Of a stretch of DNA of 36,111 nucleotides, positions 33,621 through 36,111 are shown piece after piece. The stretch comes from Octopus bimaculoides (lineage: Eukaryota), in assembly GCF_001194135.2 (NCBI RefSeq), contig NC_069001.1, positions 19,856,394 to 19,892,504 on the forward strand, given 5' to 3'. The translations under genes were made by a program, and so were the position numbers. Position 1 is the first letter of the stretch. Each line of letters starts with the position of its first letter. The notes below the pieces were generated by a model. The model saw only the letters and a program-made list of their open reading frames with translations. It did no database searches and was not told the DNA's origin.

Positions 33621-34089
33621 AAAAAGCCTTTTCCGAAACATTTATGCCACTTGCTCACTCACCCATCATTCCACAATATCATCAATTGATCTGGTTACAC
33701 TTTCCTTTACATGAGTTTTCATTAATTACATAATTAAAATTGGTTGTTGAATGAACTATAAAACAAAATGGAAATATCTCTTTACTATGCCAAAAATCCA
33801 TAGAATTTGAAAGGAAATATCATAAATCAATGCATTCTTGATATGACATCTATTAACATGAGTTACCATCAATTATTCACTAAAAAAAATCATTATACGC
33901 CATTTCAAATGTTCCCAGTTAACATCTTCATATGAGGCAGTTCATAGTTTTATCTTAGTTCATATCAGGCAGATATATTTTGTTGTTTTAAGCAAAAAAC
34001 TCAAAATTTCTTCCTCATATGAAAGGGGATGGAAGTTAGAGGGAGTTGATGGTCCCAAAGATTTTCAAACTACGATAAAAAAAATTAAG

Positions 34090-35240
34090 AAGGAGAAAAG
34101 ACAGGATAATGGTTAGTGTGAAGCAAAAGAGCAGTTTGTGTGCAACCAGGGTGATGGTAGTGATAAGAAAGACTAAGAGTCAGCATGCTTGTGGGCTAGA
34201 GGCTGGAGTGTGTCCACAACTGACAGCATGCCAATCAGCTAAATGGCTATTCTCAGGATGTCTGTGTGCATAGCAGCAGTACTATCACAGATGTGGGAGC
34301 TGTACTCTATTGAAGACCTCATTTGAGCTTTGCACAGTGTCAACTGCTGTTGGGGACTGAAATAGCTTTTGATATTGAAAAGAAGGGCTAGTTTTTGGGA
34401 AGTAGTTCTAACTATGCTGAAGATGTGCTTCCACCAGAAGAGATCCTTAATGATATTAAATCCAGTATTTCAGGTGACTGTGAGTGCTCTAGCTGAGTGT
34501 TCCTCATGCGTAGTAGGGTGTTTTCTTGATAAAAGAGACAAGGTTGGAATGGTCCTACAGAAGAATGTTCTCAATGTCTTTGTTTATGGAACCAATGTAG
34601 GTTTCACCTGCAGTATCTAGGCTGTCTGGATGATGCATGATTGAGGAAAGTTAGCAAGGAATGAAAAGTCATATCATCTGCATAAAAACAGATGTTGTTG
34701 GAGTGGAGGAAGTAGGTCATTCATGTATAGGGAGAGTAGAGTGGGAGACAGAATTGAACCCTAGAGAACACTAGAGTTTATTGAGAGTAGAATAGAGAGA
34801 GCGCTGCTAACATATGCTATCATTGTGCAATCAAACAGGAAGCTACAGATCCAAGAGATGAGAGATGGATGAAGCCCATAGGTAGGAATTTTTTTTATAG
34901 AAGATTTACATGTTAGATACAGTCAAATGTTTTGCTGATGTCCAGGGCAATAACATTGCTTTCAACAAATTTCTCTAAAGTGTGAGCACACTGGTGAGTG
35001 ACATAAGAGTAGAGTTCCACTGGATCTGGCAGAAGCCATACAGATGGTCACTGAGAAGAGATTCAAAATGTTGGAGAATATTATTGTTATTATCTGCCTC
35101 TATCATCTTAGAAATATAAGAGGTGAAAGCAGTAGGATGGTAGTTTACTGGGTCAGAGGTGGGACCTTTCCTTTAGAATAAGAAACACTGAGGAATACTT
35201 TCAAATGTCAGGGTGAGCAAGTTCTGGTATCATGCTCAGC
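34090..35240 (-). mobile_element. CR1-group LINE RT remnant (same family as 20640-21480)
   Basis: Minus translations ALDISKTFD, GSILSPTL.LYMNDLL, YADD (34684-34673), FSPQQQLTLCKAQMRSSIEYSSHIC. Confidence 0.8.
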
Positions 35241-35884
35241 AGTCTCAGAGGGCAAGTAAAAAAATTCACAAGTACTCTGTATTTTGCACATGAAGATAAA
35301 ATGAAAGTCATTTGCTTCTAGAAAAGTCAGCATTATGTTAATGCATAACATCAACTGTACACCAAAGAATTATTGAGCACTCATTGTTTTGGAAGCATTG
35401 AAATTATTGATCAGGAGTGTGTACCCAAACAATCTACTATAATTTCAGATTGCCCACACACCTGTTGCACAAAAACCTGAAAATAAGCATATAAATAGTA
35501 CACATCCTATGAACTACACTGACATCACAGCTGAGACAGTTGCTAAGGCTTTGTACATCATGTAATATCTAGATATGCAAACTTATAAAAAGGAATGACT
35601 GCTAGATTACAATCAAAAATATTTCTTTTTTTTTTCTGAGGTCAATATAATAAAGTACCAATCACGTATTAAAGTCAATTTAAATAACTAATCAATTTCT
35701 CCCTCAAGCTTTTGTTTTTGCACATGTGTTAGAATTAAATGCTACTATTGTTAATAATAATAACTAGTAGTGTCATTGGAAATTCCATGGTTATTTCTAA
35801 AATTGCATGATGGAATTGTATATTTTTCTGAAACATTTGATTCTTGAGATGTAAAATCCACACAGGTAGTATTGAAGGGGCAAT

Positions 35885-35960
35885 CACTCAACCAATCAAT
35901 CAATCAATCAAACAATCTCTCTCTCTTTCTTTCACTCTCTGTCTCTCTCTCACTCACACA

Positions 35961-36039
<79 letters not shown>
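35885..36039. repeat. Compound microsatellite (ATCA)n-(CT)n-(TA)n
   Basis: Seen directly. Confidence 0.95.
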
Positions 36040-36111
36040 TATGCAGGGCAGGGAATCGTCAATTAGTAATAAAATTAATAATTAACAATTTTGCCGGGTA
36101 GCTCAGTATGA

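Overview
AT-rich eukaryotic (animal) genomic DNA with seven assembly gaps, most flanked by (TA)n/(CA)n microsatellites. The SINE and LINE repertoire looks cephalopod (octopus-like); this comes from recognising the repeats, not from a database search. I found no intact host protein-coding gene. The window is a mosaic of dead transposable elements: a near-full-length RTE-clade LINE (~6970-10765), a second RTE-type LINE with a PHD-like finger, two CR1-group LINE remnants, several Penelope-like (PLE) remnants, a Gypsy RNase H/integrase remnant, a mariner 5' end, a Helitron 3' end, three or more SINE families, a piggyBac-like MITE and a 5S rRNA-derived fragment. Most long ORFs in the supplied track are artefacts of N runs or microsatellites. 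Most interesting signals: (1) two unrelated foldback elements (16143-16563 and 19016-19590), each carrying a type I hammerhead ribozyme core in both arms pointing outward, plus two more PLE-linked hammerhead motifs; (2) a MITE apparently split by a ~320-bp copy of a block 1.28 kb downstream, with microhomology at both junctions; (3) strand-biased mismatches in the first foldback; (4) a CpG-retaining zone (~21.5-25.1 kb) between CpG-eroded flanks, with twin GTCACGTGAT motifs, suggesting a divergent promoter region. All alignments and counts were done by eye and need computational confirmation.
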